Of a DNA stretch of 64,000 nucleotides, positions 10,989 to 24,599 are shown piece after piece. This DNA comes from Chrysomallon squamiferum (Eukaryota; Animalia; Mollusca): the NCBI GenBank assembly GCA_012295275.1, contig CM022677.1, positions 14,136,001 through 14,200,000 of the forward strand. The letters are read 5' to 3'. Both the position numbers and the translations under genes were made by a program. The notes beneath the pieces were generated by a model. It worked only from the letters and a program-made list of their open reading frames with translations, was not told the DNA's origin and searched no databases. How positions within the stretch are numbered: the stretch's first letter is position 1; each line of letters begins with the position of its first letter.

Positions 10989-11891
10989 AAAATGTCCATC
11001 TGAATCAAATAACTTCTTTAAAATACCCAACTATTTATTTTGGGAAATTTTCTTCCTATGTGATATTGTGTTTTATGATCGCTGTAAAATGACACAAGTT
11101 ACATCTCTCTCTCTAGATGAAATTACATAATTTATCTAAAATTCAGCTAGTATTTATCAGATTATGTAATTAAGAATATATCAACTGACAACTATTTTTC
11201 TTAATTAAGAATCGAGAATGAAATATTCAATAATATAACCGATAACTAATTAATATAATGTTAAAATGCCAACATATTTTTGTAACATTGTCAAATGCGA
11301 TATTCATTGTTTTTATATTGATTATGTTTTGGTTACAGAAACAATACACTAAGAATAAATCTGTTATAAAAATTCGAAGTAATATTTATAATCAGAACAG
11401 TTCTAATGAAATAAAGAATAGAACGTTTTTCAGAAAAATAAAATAAAATAAAAAATAAAACTATAAGGTGTTATTACACTATACAAAAATTGACAACTAT
11501 GGTGATGTACATTGTTTTTAATGACTGTGAAGCGGTTAATTAAACAAATAAGAAATGAGTTCAAGTCTGTCAAATGTACACCTTTTAATGACTGTAATTA
11601 AAAAAAAATGTATTAGTTTATATATTTAAATTTATCTTTTAATTTATTACGAGAAATAATTTGATTAATCTGAAATTCATCAACATTTTGAAGTTTATTA
11701 AACTATTTTTATTAGATATATATTTCTTTCACAAACATTATTTAGACTGTCAATAGTGGTATCCTTAATTAAAAATATCGCCTTATTTTTACTTGTTTAT
11801 GATTTATAGTTTTAAAAAATAAACTTGATAACTTTGTGTACATAATGGAATATAATTTGAGTTTTCTTCTATTTTTTTTTCTTAATAATTT

Positions 11892-11927
<36 letters not shown>

Positions 11928-13069
11928 TTAATAATAAAACTTTAAAAAAGTAAAACAAACTGAACGTACGCTCTATGTTTCCCAGTATTCAGGTCTTCTC
12001 TATAATCGATGAAATGTAAGATGTTATAAAGCAAAAGTTGAGTGGGCGCGAGATCAGGCTGATATTTTTTTTTATTAACTCAATACAAACTATGACAGGG
12101 TCATATCAACCTTTTTCATTTTCAGTCTATCTAATCTATCTGTCTGTCTGTTTATCTATCTACGGTATATATATCTATTTTCCTATTCATCCATATGAAG
12201 GTATCTTGCTCGGTCTATCTATCCGTCAAACAAAAAGGCGTCAAATCATCTAGAATCCCTTTCGCTTCATCCAACATGTCCGTCAGTTTACAACTAAATG
12301 TAATTCATCCTGGTCTCTATATCTATGTATGTTTCTGTGTTTGATGAACATCAATCTTTCAGCAACTTATTTTCAATGATCCATTTGCCGATTTGTAAAG
12401 TATAACAAAATTAAGAAGTAATTTCAATACCCATCCCCAGCACGATTTGTAGACGTAAGAGCAACTTATTGTAGTGTGAACTGTAAGCTCTGTGATTAAA
12501 AAGAAAGAGAAAGTATGGGAAAAAATAACAACACCGTTTATTTGAAGTTTACGTCAATGATTGGCTAATAAAAAACAACAAATAATAATAATAATAAAAA
12601 GAACCACATCGAGTATATTTTGATAAAGGTTGTTATGTTCTTTTATTTTATTTATTTATTTTGAACTCTTTTTCTTTCTTTTTTTAGGATTGTATTTTCA
12701 TAAAAATGTGGGATGATTGTCGGGACTTGACGGATTTAATTTTTTGTTTGACGTTCGAAGAATTTTCTACAGAATTGGTGTAATCGCATTATCATGCAAC
12801 AAAATAGTTGCTTAAAGTATTTCATTTTGTAAAGCAGACAGGTAGTACTATTTATTATTATAGTTGTTAATGAGTTTGGATTTTTTATTTTTTATTTACG
12901 TATAATTTAAACGTCACACCACCTGATGTCAGCTATCTTATTCGGGAATAATATTTATTTATTTATTATTTATTTATTTATTATTATTATTATTTTTGAC
13001 ATGTGTAGCACCAAAGTAAACACCACACAACAACTATGTGTCAACTAACAAACAATTTTTATTTATTTA

Positions 13070-13083
13070 TTTATTATTATTAC

Positions 13084-13143
<60 letters not shown>
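13070..13143. repeat. (TTA)n microsatellite
   Basis: Direct inspection; it produces the spurious poly-Leu ORF. Confidence 0.95.
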
Positions 13144-13147
<4 letters not shown>

Positions 13148-14819
13148 TTTTATTATTATTATTTTTTTATATAATAAAACTATTAAAAGAAAATATACTG
13201 ATTTTGTTTGGCAGGTTGTTTTTTTTTTTTACGATTTTTTTTTTAAAGATTTATGTTAAATTGCTGACTTCCTTTATCCATTAAATTATTTTTTAACCAT
13301 ATTAAAAACTAAATACCTATATAGCTCTATGTTAATGTTAAAAACTAATAAAGATGAATACAAATAAAAGAAAAATATGACCAGGTTATTTCATATGTAA
13401 AATTATTTGTTATAATAATTTACAAAATGATCAACTCATACAGTATAAACCTAAGAATGTATAAGGCATTTATTATTATTATTCATTTGCTTTTTCATAT
13501 CATTACTAATATTTATTTATTTTTCATGTTCTCCAGGACAAATTAAAATCATCAGTGGCATGGATATTGCAGAATGTATAAGGAGAAAATATTCCAAATG
13601 AATTTAAAGAATGTTTCTATGAAAAATCAGATGCAAGTGAAACATTTTATAAATTTCTCATCCAGCTACACAATCATTGACCAGAACCCCACTGTAGAGT
13701 GCAAGTGCTGCTGGAATACCATAATATGGTTATATTGATGGTTTACATTCAGCATGGACAGGAACAAGAAGGAAAGAGCAGAGCACCACTGAAGTCTGCA
13801 GTTTTGTGAAAACAAGCTGATGCTGGTAAAAACACTTCATCTGCTACACTGCAAAACAAAACCACTTGATAGATGACTGGACACGCTGTGTCTGACAGTG
13901 GGAAAGACAACAGCCAGGAAGTTGAGCTGCACATTCGAAGGACCAAACTAGTCCTGCACCTGATTCAGAGTGGGATGAATACATCCAGGTCCCTGTCCCC
14001 TACTTCATCATCACAAAAATCCAGGTCATTTTCCAAAGAAGGGATACAAGAGACTATTGATAATGTGAACCAATAGCCTGGTGTCAATTAATGTGTCAGG
14101 CCTGTGTTAGAATGTTTTCAGAAACCTCTCAACAGTGGAGAAGGATGAATCAGCTGTACAGAAACTGCAGACTGCACAATTCCAAGTTGTGATTTTTTTA
14201 GCTTATTTTTATTTCTTAGAGAAAGTGAAATAAATTTTATAGAAACAACTCTTTACAGATTGTAAAATAGCATAATAATAATCATTTATTTGCTATTGTT
14301 TTGTTAATTAATTAAATTAATACCATTATCATCATTATCATTATAATAATTATACAAAGTATACCAAAAATATCCCACACCACTTTGTGTCTGAATAATC
14401 GAGTAACTGATAACAATCAAATTTTAATAATAACAGAAACATTATTTATTTATAACAGTTTATTATTTTTATTATTTTATTTCTATTTTTTTTTCAGAAT
14501 GCACATACAGCTCTAATTGATGCGCTGATGTTGGCTAGTGAAGTTGTTTCAATAGAAAGTTCTGTCCAGCACTGAGGATAAAGTTTGTACTGCTGCCACT
14601 GGAAAAGAGAAAAAAAACTGACAGTCAGTGCACACTGACTTAAACAGTTCAGTAGAATCCCTGGTAACATTGGCATACTTCTTGTCTATCTCTTTTACCA
14701 TTCGATTGCATCCACCATGGCTAGTACCAATGTGTGCACATCTGATAACATTGAATGTCTCTTTGATGTGCCAGTAATGCTCAGGTCATGGTTGGAGGTG
14801 CAACGTCTTATCAACATCT

Positions 14820-15880
14820 TATCAACTTCTCAACATCACCACACTGAAGAATCTCATACTTGGACAGAAGATAATAACCTTGGTGTCACTTAGCTGATGA
14901 TTGTTCATGTTTGTGTTACTGGCTTCTGGCCTGAACTGTCCCAGTGTAAACAGCCTGTCCTTGATATACAGATTATCACCATTTAACACCAGCCTTTTCC
15001 CTTGCCTTTTTGCTGTAATGTGGATATAGTAATTTTCTGCTGTCATTAATTTCTTTCAGGAATTTTTCATTAACCCTGTATGGCTTGTTTATCAGTGTTT
15101 TGGGTGCAGCTCTTCTCACTATTTCTCTGTCTTTATATAAAATGAATTTAGCAACGATAGGCCTTATATATCCATTGAACTTCTTCCCCAGCCGATTCAC
15201 TCTGTGAAAGTCAATATTATTTTCTACTTTCATTTCATTTTTCATAAACATTTTCAACTCCTTGTCTGTGTCTTTCTCTGGTATCCCACTAAAGATTAAA
15301 TTGTCACACATGAAGTGAGTTTATAGGTCATTGTGTTTTTCTCTTGAGATTTTAATTCACATATTTGTTGTGTCATACTTTTATTATTGTCTCTCATTTC
15401 ATGAGTAGAACTGTTCATATCTAAGACAACAGATTTCAAATCTACAAGATTTTTTTATTCCTTTCAAACTGTCAGTGAATGTATCATACCCTTTTCATAT
15501 CTTGTACTTTTTTCTTAATATCAATCATTTTACCACTGATATCTTGTTATTTCCATACTATTCAGTTGTTTTTCAATCATGTTCAATTTTTCCAGTTTAT
15601 CACACATTATATCTAACTTTCTAATCAAAGTAGCTAATTTTATACTGACATATTGACTGTGCACAACTAGTGAAATTAAACCGGACTACTGACTGTGGAT
15701 CATTAGGTTTGTCCATATTGTCCATACTGTGACTGCTGAGACTGTTGAACTGGTGTTGACTGATAAAATGGTGCAGAGCAGCTTGGCTAATGCTTATCCT
15801 TATTTTCTGTTCACTTTCTCCATTCTTACTCTTATTTCTTCTCTTTGTTCCTTTTTTGCTTTCATGTTGCATGCTCACGT
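14820..15880 (-). mobile_element. Decayed non-LTR retrotransposon ORF1 (L1/Tx1-type, Transposase_22-like RRM + CTD)
   Basis: NLIFSGIPEKD...IDFHRVNRLGKK..YIRPIVAKFILYKDREIVRRAA...PYRVNEKFLKEINDSRKLLYP, continuing after a frameshift as AKRQGKRLVLNGDNLYI. Confidence 0.85.
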
Positions 15881-18739
15881 ATATTCAGCAATAATTTACA
15901 TTGATAAAACAGATAAAATACCTTTAATACTAGTAAAGATTATATATTTTCACAGAGACATGACTTTTATTTCCACATGGAAGTAATGGTTACTCGTGTT
16001 GAAAACATTAAATTATCACACAAGAAAGATCAATTCACTATTCAGTTTCAGCCTCTGAGGTATTTTGATAATTTAATTACCAAGAGACGACAATTTTTAT
16101 TTTTTTATTTTATTTTTTATTATTTTATTCTTACATGTTTTTGTCCTTTTTTAATGAAAGCTAATTTTCATTTTGTGTGAAATAATTTTTATTTTATTCT
16201 GTGAAATTAGTTTTAATATGAAATTAGTGAAATAAGACTGTTGCTGAACCGGGATTTGGATTGAGTGCCAGATAAAAAAGATAGGTCATTTGGTTTTGTG
16301 TTCTGTATTTATATTGTGTTAATTAAATCAACCAAAATTATAATTCATTTATAACAGCTTTGGATATATATATACTGAAGTCATATTTGGATATTATTCT
16401 TACTTCAAAATGTTTTCTTTTAACAGCCTTGAGTAACTAACAGTATTACAATATTACACTCAGAAATTTGACAAAGTAAGAAATAATTACAGCAAGTCAC
16501 TTTCATGGATAATTTCTGATTCTTGTTATTAATTTCTAATTTGACCACATATGCAATCGTAAAAGTTACTCATACAAACATTATAAATCCTTACTAATGT
16601 TGTATTAAGCTAAAACATAATGATAATGTAATCTAAGCAGTTATAATACTGTAATTTTATTTTTAACTTCTTAAAATTATTTCAGTCAGAAAGGATTTTT
16701 TTAAATTCTGTTTACAACAGAACCAAAAAGAAACATTATATACAAATTTCCATTATTACAGTAAAAAAATGTTTAATTCACTTTATATAAGCAACATTCA
16801 GTAACTTAATCAATTTTGTATTACATGGTCCATGAATTCAATTTTTTTTTTTTTTTTTTTTTTTACCCATTTATGTTAATTTTTACTTTTGCACTTTAAA
16901 AAATGTCACATTTACTTACAGCATACATATATATTTTGTTTTCTAATATTCAAGATTGTTCAGTTAATTTCAACATTATTTATTTATTTATTATGATGAT
17001 GTTGACTTTATTTATGAATAATGGGTGTGATGATGATAAAAACAATAGAAAAGCCATTTTGGTATTTTAATTTTTAAATCACTGTTACCCCAGTGCAGTA
17101 GGTCTCCCAGCCCTGTATCAAGTACAAGGTACACACCTAGAATTTTATGTGTGTTGCTCCTAGAGTGACAAGAATGTCATGAAGATTAGTTTTATGTTTG
17201 TTTGTGAGATTAATCTTCTCAAAATAATACTCAAGCAAATAATATTGTTTTGAGTTATTAAGTGATCTGCACTTTAATAGTTAAAGTATAATATTTTATT
17301 TTGTATTTTGTATTTATTACTGTTTGCATGTAACATATAAAAGAGCATTTTGAGAGATAATTTAATGTTTTCACTAGGATTTATTTATGTTTCAGTATTT
17401 TAAAGTTCAACTTTGTTTTATTCAGAGCCTGAAAGATGATCAAGAAATACTTTATTGTTATTTCATTTATGTTAATGATGTATTTTAGTAATGGATCTAG
17501 ATGAGTGATTTTAGGAAATCTGTAGAACTGTTTGTTTAGGAAATTCCAAGCTTCTGTCAACAGTTTTTCTTATTGTATGGATTGCAGCACTTTACTTTTT
17601 TATTTTCACTCATGTGTTTCCATCTTATCTGGACTATAAATAATAATGGATAGCTAGAAAATATCAACCATTTTCTTTTTCTTTAAAACAAAAAACAAAA
17701 GCCTTGAGAAGGATTGTAAAAGGATATAGTATATAATATACATTATGTTTTCATTGATCAGTAGCATATGTTGTTTTGTCTTCCCACATTTTATTTCTTC
17801 ATTAACTTTACATTGTTCTCAAAATGGTTTTACTTATTAATTATATCAGGGTTTATTAATCAGTTTTAGAAATAACAATATAGCTATTTAAATGTACTAA
17901 TTCATTTTGTATTCTTGCTTAAGTCAAATGTGTTCAACTGCATTTATCTTTTTTCTTCTGAGAAATTATAAGAAAATTGTCAGGATTTTTTCAGATTAAA
18001 TTAACAATTAATTACATTTAAATATTTACACTGTTTGTCTTATTTGATGATTTTATTTTTTATACTGATAATTTTATATAAATGTTTCATAAAGCATGCC
18101 CATTTGCTTGATATTTTAAATGATGTTAAGTTTAGATAGTCCAGAATCAATGTAATAATGGTTTATGCAAAACAAACCTTGTAATAATTTACATGCCAGC
18201 CTTATAGAGCAGTGAACAGAACAGTTGTATAAATTGTATGGAAAAAATACTTCTTGATAAGACAGTGAAATGCAGTTAGAGCTCACAACAAATGCTTCTT
18301 TCACTTTATTTTATGTTTTGTTTATTAATGAATATTATATTTTGTTGTAGGATCCTAGACAACAGATTCAAGCTGCCTTAGCCAGCACTTCAGTTGAAAA
18401 TGTTGTAAGACCCATTTTCAGAAAAGATTCACCAGAAAGCTATTACATCGCAGTCTTTCAAGAGAAAATCTGTCTGAAATGTAATTTGAATTTTGAAAAT
18501 TCAGTGATCTCCAAGAGACTGCATTGTCAGTGTGATCAGAACATCCAGTGTATACATTGGACTTCATAGCAGCTTGCACTGTTTTTATTATTGATGTGTG
18601 CTTGGTTATTCTAATTTTGATTGCTGAAAGAGGAATGGAGATTCATCATTGCTATGGAATGCCATTTTTCTTTATAAGCTAAAATTAATGTGAAAGTTTT
18701 TGCATACAGGTATTAATTTTTATAATCATCTTATTTTTA

Positions 18740-19085
18740 TATTATTTAAATCAGGGGAAAATCAGGGTTTAGCAGGGGGTAATCAGTTTTTAAATATATT
18801 TAAAATTTTGTAGTTAGAAGTAATTAGAATTTTTTATAAAAAAAAATACACAAAAAACATTTCTTCTATCTTTTTTTAAAATATTATTTAAATCAGAGGA
18901 AAACCAAAGGTTTTCTGGGGTAATCAATGTAAATATAATTGAAGATTATGTAATTAGGGGAAATCTGAATTTTTTATGAAAAAATAAAGAAAAGGATTTT
19001 GTTTTCTTTTTATTATTTAAATCCGGAGCAATCAAGGGTTTCCTGGGGGTAATCATTGTCTAAATATTTTTAAAATTATGTAATT
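18740..19085. repeat. ~140-bp tandem repeat x~2.5 (TATTATTTAAATC..GG..AATCAGGGTTT...GGGGTAATCA); also at ~32378-32725
   Basis: Three unit heads at ~18740, 18882 and 19012. Confidence 0.75.
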
Positions 19086-20024
19086 ATGGATCTTCAAGTT
19101 GAAATTACTTAAAAACCTGAACAGATAGTCAAAGTTAAATATTCAGTTATTTCTGTTTAGATATTTCTGCCAGTTCTTATAATTTGCCTTTCCCATTTTA
19201 GAAAGAATAATAGAATTATTTCTGTAAGGAATGTTTAAAAATAGGAAATAATAATTTTAAAATGATAGAAAAAAAATAAAATTAAAAAATAAGAGAAAAA
19301 ATGTACATAAATGAAATTTTTCTGAGCATTTTATAATTTGCTGTTTACATTTTCAAAATACTCAAAAAATTAGTTCAAAAATGTGCAAATGGAAATGTCT
19401 TCTAATTATTTTATAATCTGTATTTTATCTTTAATTCAATTAACAAACTAGAAAAAAAAAAAAAAAAAAATAAAGAAATAAAGAAAAGAAAAGAAAATAA
19501 CATTAATCTTTTTAAAAAATGAAGTACAGTTTGGTATTTAATATATTTCCAAGCTGCATGGAAATTAAAGCTGATTTGTTTGAACAAAAATTCAAATTAC
19601 AGATTCAAATTTTCATTTTTTATTCTAAGATATATTATAAGATTATGCAAATTCAGTACTTTAAATATATTTAGTAATGTTTGGAGTTTTTGCCTAACAA
19701 TAAAAATATAGCCAGGTTATGTTACAATATTTAAAAAAAAAGAAAATAGTATTTGTTCTTAACTGTTTTAAATCCTGACATTTGCAAATTCAAACTCATT
19801 GCATCTTATCTAAAAACAATAATGAAAATGGAAAATATTTCTGAAATTGTTTCAATTTCTTAACATTAAAAATGTTAAGGCACATTCAAATAATTTAAAA
19901 CAAAAATAAATAAATAAAGAATAGTCTTTGCGTGTTCTTATTTTTATTATGTATATATTGATCAAAGTCTTGTGTATTTATTGTCAACTAGCAAAAGATA
20001 ATCTGACATAATCATTATTTATAT

Positions 20025-20028
<4 letters not shown>

Positions 20029-20089
<61 letters not shown>
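20029..20089. repeat. (CT)n microsatellite (others at ~25979, 27371, 33663, 38748, 41981, 45040, 45550, 52835, 58698; GA at 49244)
   Basis: Direct inspection. Confidence 0.95.
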
Positions 20090-20091
<2 letters not shown>

Positions 20092-20649
20092 CACTCAGTC
20101 TTTTTTGTATATTTACAAACACGTTAAAGTTATTTCCCTTAGCATTGTTAAGCTAAATTTGATTTGCTGCATTTAGACGAATTTAGCTAATTCTTTAAAA
20201 TGATTTAGAGCAAAATATTTGAATAGTACCATATATTTACTCCAACAGTGTATAAAGAGCCAATTTCCATTATTTGTTTGTTTATTTGAGTTATTATTAT
20301 TACTTAATTATTTATTGTAAAATTCCATATTTGCAAAAAACTTTCGTTTTTTGATTTGTCCCTTGAATAAAAACAATGAATTTTTCATATACATTTTGAG
20401 CAGTCAAGATCACTCTGCATGATGTTACTAATCAAACTGAAGTTTGTTAAATAAGAAATATAATTACAATAACATTTTAAGACAAAACTAAACACCACTT
20501 TTTTAACAATGAATTCTAATAATGAATTATAGTGACATATGCCTTTAAGATTTTGTATTATGAACCCATTTTTGCTTTTGATACTGTCATAGGCTGTCAT
20601 AATGACGCCATAATGAAGCAAATTAATTTTTAATTCTTTAAATTTTATA

Positions 20650-20703
<54 letters not shown>

Positions 20704-23700
20704 GACATACATAATTTCATTTTCATTTCTTTAAAATAAAAATTACTGCAAATCTATTTTTAAAAAGACTTAATCTGATTAATTTCGGCTATCTACAAAT
20801 ATCTTTTAATGTTAATAACAACAATTCAAAATCAAGACAATAATATAAGAATAAATCATTAAAATAATCCAATTAATATTTCTTTTTTTTATCTCTATTT
20901 TTGTATCATTTTTCTTCGTTTTTTTGAAAAGACAACAACAATCAAAACACTTGGAACTTGTATTTATTTATACATAAACAAGGACACTGTCCTTGCCATA
21001 CAGAAGTTATTTGACACCAAACACATTAACTCTTTCTCACAGATAACATGTATGTACCAACTCATCCTTTCACATTCACACCTGTCTTTCTCTATGTCTG
21101 CATCGATTTCTCCTACATACCCATACCTCAGATAATACATACAAAAATTCGAATTTCCTCCATTACACATATACACACATACATTCACACACAACTATAT
21201 ATATACCTATTTTCTAACAGCCCAATACATATACCCACATCTGTCCGTGTGTTTCTCTATCAATCCGTGAATTCTACACAGTTTTAACAATTGTTCTGTC
21301 GCCGCCTGTTTCTCTGTATGAACAGTCCAAACTGTTATTATTATCTTTATATTTGTGCATCTCGATTATGTCATCAGTGTTGCAGTCTACCATGTAAAAC
21401 AAGTTTCCGAGGCGAAGACACTGTTAAATAAAAAATACAGGAAAAGGTGAAGAATTTGAAATAAATATAAAATATCATATTATTTTTCCTGATTCTACAT
21501 TTTGCTTTATAAACTGCACTGCTGGATAAGCTTAATGTTTCTTTTTTTAATTGTTTACTATTGATAATATCTTTTCAAAACTATTCTTATATAATTTTAT
21601 AAAACTATACTTATATTTATTTATTTATTTATATATATTTTGTTGTTGTTGAGAAATAAAGAGGGCCTTACAAATAAACCATATTATTAAATATGGTAAC
21701 CAATATTATACAAGTTAATCTTTAATTTCTGTGTATAATATCATATTTAATTTGGTAGTTTTCTGAAAATAATCTGAGACAGCTCGACAGAATTTACGTT
21801 TTTATTTAGTACCAGCTGTGCAGTTTATACGACTAAACTGAGACTGAGCGGAAATTACGTTCCATCTTAGTAAAAAAAACACTGCTTACATCGATATTTT
21901 ATTACGTTCACCTCTGATTTGCATCATAACAAATATATATATATATATATATGTTGACATCATTTATTATCAACGTATCAACAAAAATGAATGGATTCTT
22001 ATAAAGTAAAATCTCAGTTTTCAGCACCACACAGAGCTTTTTAGTGAAATCTGTTCTGCTGTTAATTAAATATCACTTTAATCTGGATCTGACCTGTTAA
22101 TTTTATAGTGGTTTATACAGCGCTCGACTTGTAAATTCAGAAATAAATAACTTAATGATTAGATATACAGGGGAAGCCACTCTATATTTTTCTTAAACTG
22201 AGTTACAGTTTCTTCTCTACAAAAAAAAAGAAAAGAAAAAAATTAAAAATTAATCCTGAAGACGTGAGAAGTTACACTTTACTTGAATCACAGAATTTGA
22301 TTTTGCAAAGCAAACGACATTAATATTAAAATTCACAGAGATAAGCGAAGTAATTCACGTTTTATACATAACACCAGAGACGTTTATATCATAAATTGAT
22401 ACTGAATGACAATAACGTGACGTTTTACTGTTTTACCTCTGTTTTGCTTCATAAACAATACTGATAATTTCACTTACAGTTACATTTTATTCTACTAGGA
22501 GATGTATACTGTATTAATATTATAATTTGTAAAAAAAACAACAACATGCCTATCCATACGTCTTCTACAAAACTTTAAGAATATTTTGTAAAGAACACAA
22601 TAGTATAACTTTAAAACCTACTTTAATGGAATCTCAGCAATTTATATTCGAGAATTAATGACATAAATATCATATTTAGTTTCTAGGAGCGTAGTTTTCT
22701 GAAGATAATTTGAGAACGTTCGACAGAATTTACGTTTTATTTTACTACCAGCAGTTTACACGAATAAATTGAGACAATGAGAGAAAATTACCTTAACCTT
22801 ATAATAACTGTACTGCTGTTTAACACTGATATTTTTACACGTCATTATCAAAACAAATTTAAAATATCAAGAATGTTGTTTGCCTGGAAAATTAATAGTT
22901 CATTATATTAGCTCTGAATACAATAATAATAAAAGATAAATATAGATAAAATACAGAATGACTGAGTGAAAATACATTAATAAGTTTCCCTTTTCCCAGA
23001 CTTCTCCGTGTTTTCTTTTTATTACGTGAAAAACTGAATATCTTGGTAATTATATTCTTATTTTATAGTAGAAATATTTCCTTTCAGAAAATTAATTGAT
23101 ATACTTTTCTATTAACAATAGGAAAAGTCAGACAGGCACGTGTTATCTGCAGAAAATTATTCTTAATATCAAGTTAACGCGTTTTTAATAAAATCTATCA
23201 AAATCTTCTGTAACTGAAAATAACATTTTATTTTTTCGACTATGTCAAGGTTATCAAAATTTAGTTTAAGAAACGGCGCAATGTTGTTTTCTGTTACTTA
23301 CCCACATATTACTGTGAAACACGGCGCTGTAAAATGTCAAACATTTTGTATTTAACAATTAGAGAATACAGGAAAGAAAGGTGATATTGCGGGATAAGGT
23401 TATTAAAATCAAATAACGCCGTATAAATAAAGTAAATATTTCATTTTTATTTATGAAAAAAACTAAACAAATAATGTTTAGTAGGAGCGCAGTTAATATG
23501 ACAGAATGTAGCATCAATGTAAATCGAGAATTATAGAACAGGTTAAGTGATAAACATTTTTTTAAACTTTAATAACAACTAAGGAATTGTGTGAGTAAAT
23601 GTGTGTTGTTATTATTATTATTATTATTTTTTTTTTTTCACAATTTATTGATTATATATTACAGGAAAATACGAGTATCTCTGGATAATTTATACGGTAT

Positions 23701-23723
23701 TAAGATTGCAGATGAAGAGAAGG

Positions 23724-23794
23724 CTTCTAGAGTCACAACGGTTATACTGGCAAATAAAATGAAGAATTCCTTAATAAAAATAATAATAATCATA

Positions 23795-23832
<38 letters not shown>

Positions 23833-23935
23833 AACATTATTTTAGATGAAACTAAGTTTATTCATTTACACAACAGTACTCACATTAATATATTTTATAC
23901 TCAACTTGTTAATGTAACCGTTGTGACTCTAGAAG
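23724..23935. mobile_element. MITE-like segment bounded by a perfect 21-bp inverted repeat
   Basis: CTTCTAGAGTCACAACGGTTA (23724-23744) and TAACCGTTGTGACTCTAGAAG (23915-23935); no clear TSD. Confidence 0.5.
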
Positions 23936-24599
23936 ACTGTAATTATAAATACTGTGATAGATAATACAATGTATCTCACCTGTCTCTGTCTTGTAGTCTT
24001 TACGTTTTACAATATTTGTTAAATATGTTGTGTAAACTACATTAATTTAAAGCGATCAAGCATTTCACTTTAAAAAGGTTTATGTTGATTCATACCATCA
24101 GCCTGTAATTAATCTTCAATTTTTGTCTAAAAGTCTAATTTTCTATTAACTTGAATGTCACAACAGTAATTATCCTTTAATTAAAAATCACTCGATACTA
24201 CATTTGTCACATAAATAGTGGTGGTGATTTTATCAGAAACGTTTTTACAGGAAAATGTGAGAATTAATTACAGGTTTACGATTGTAACAATTGAATACAG
24301 CAAATGGATATTTCTGTTTGTCTGATGTATTAGATGACGCTGCACGTGACAAGAAAATATCTGATAATTCGTTTTTATCATTCTCAGTTTAAAACATTTT
24401 TCAAAGAAATATTTATTTGTGATCATCGTTATTTCGCGGCTGACAAAACTGTCGCATATTATGACATCTAAAATAATATTATGATGCTTGCTGAAGGACG
24501 AAGTTAGTGTCACTTTTACATCATCTTCGTCTCAGAATTTTGTTTATACACGGTAGAATTTGATAGTTAAAACTAATGACGTGAGGTAATTCTAATGCC

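Noticed and set aside
13038-13259. Poly-Leu/Ile/Tyr/Asn and LSLS/CVCV/HTHT ORFs throughout the window
   Set aside because: Translations of microsatellites
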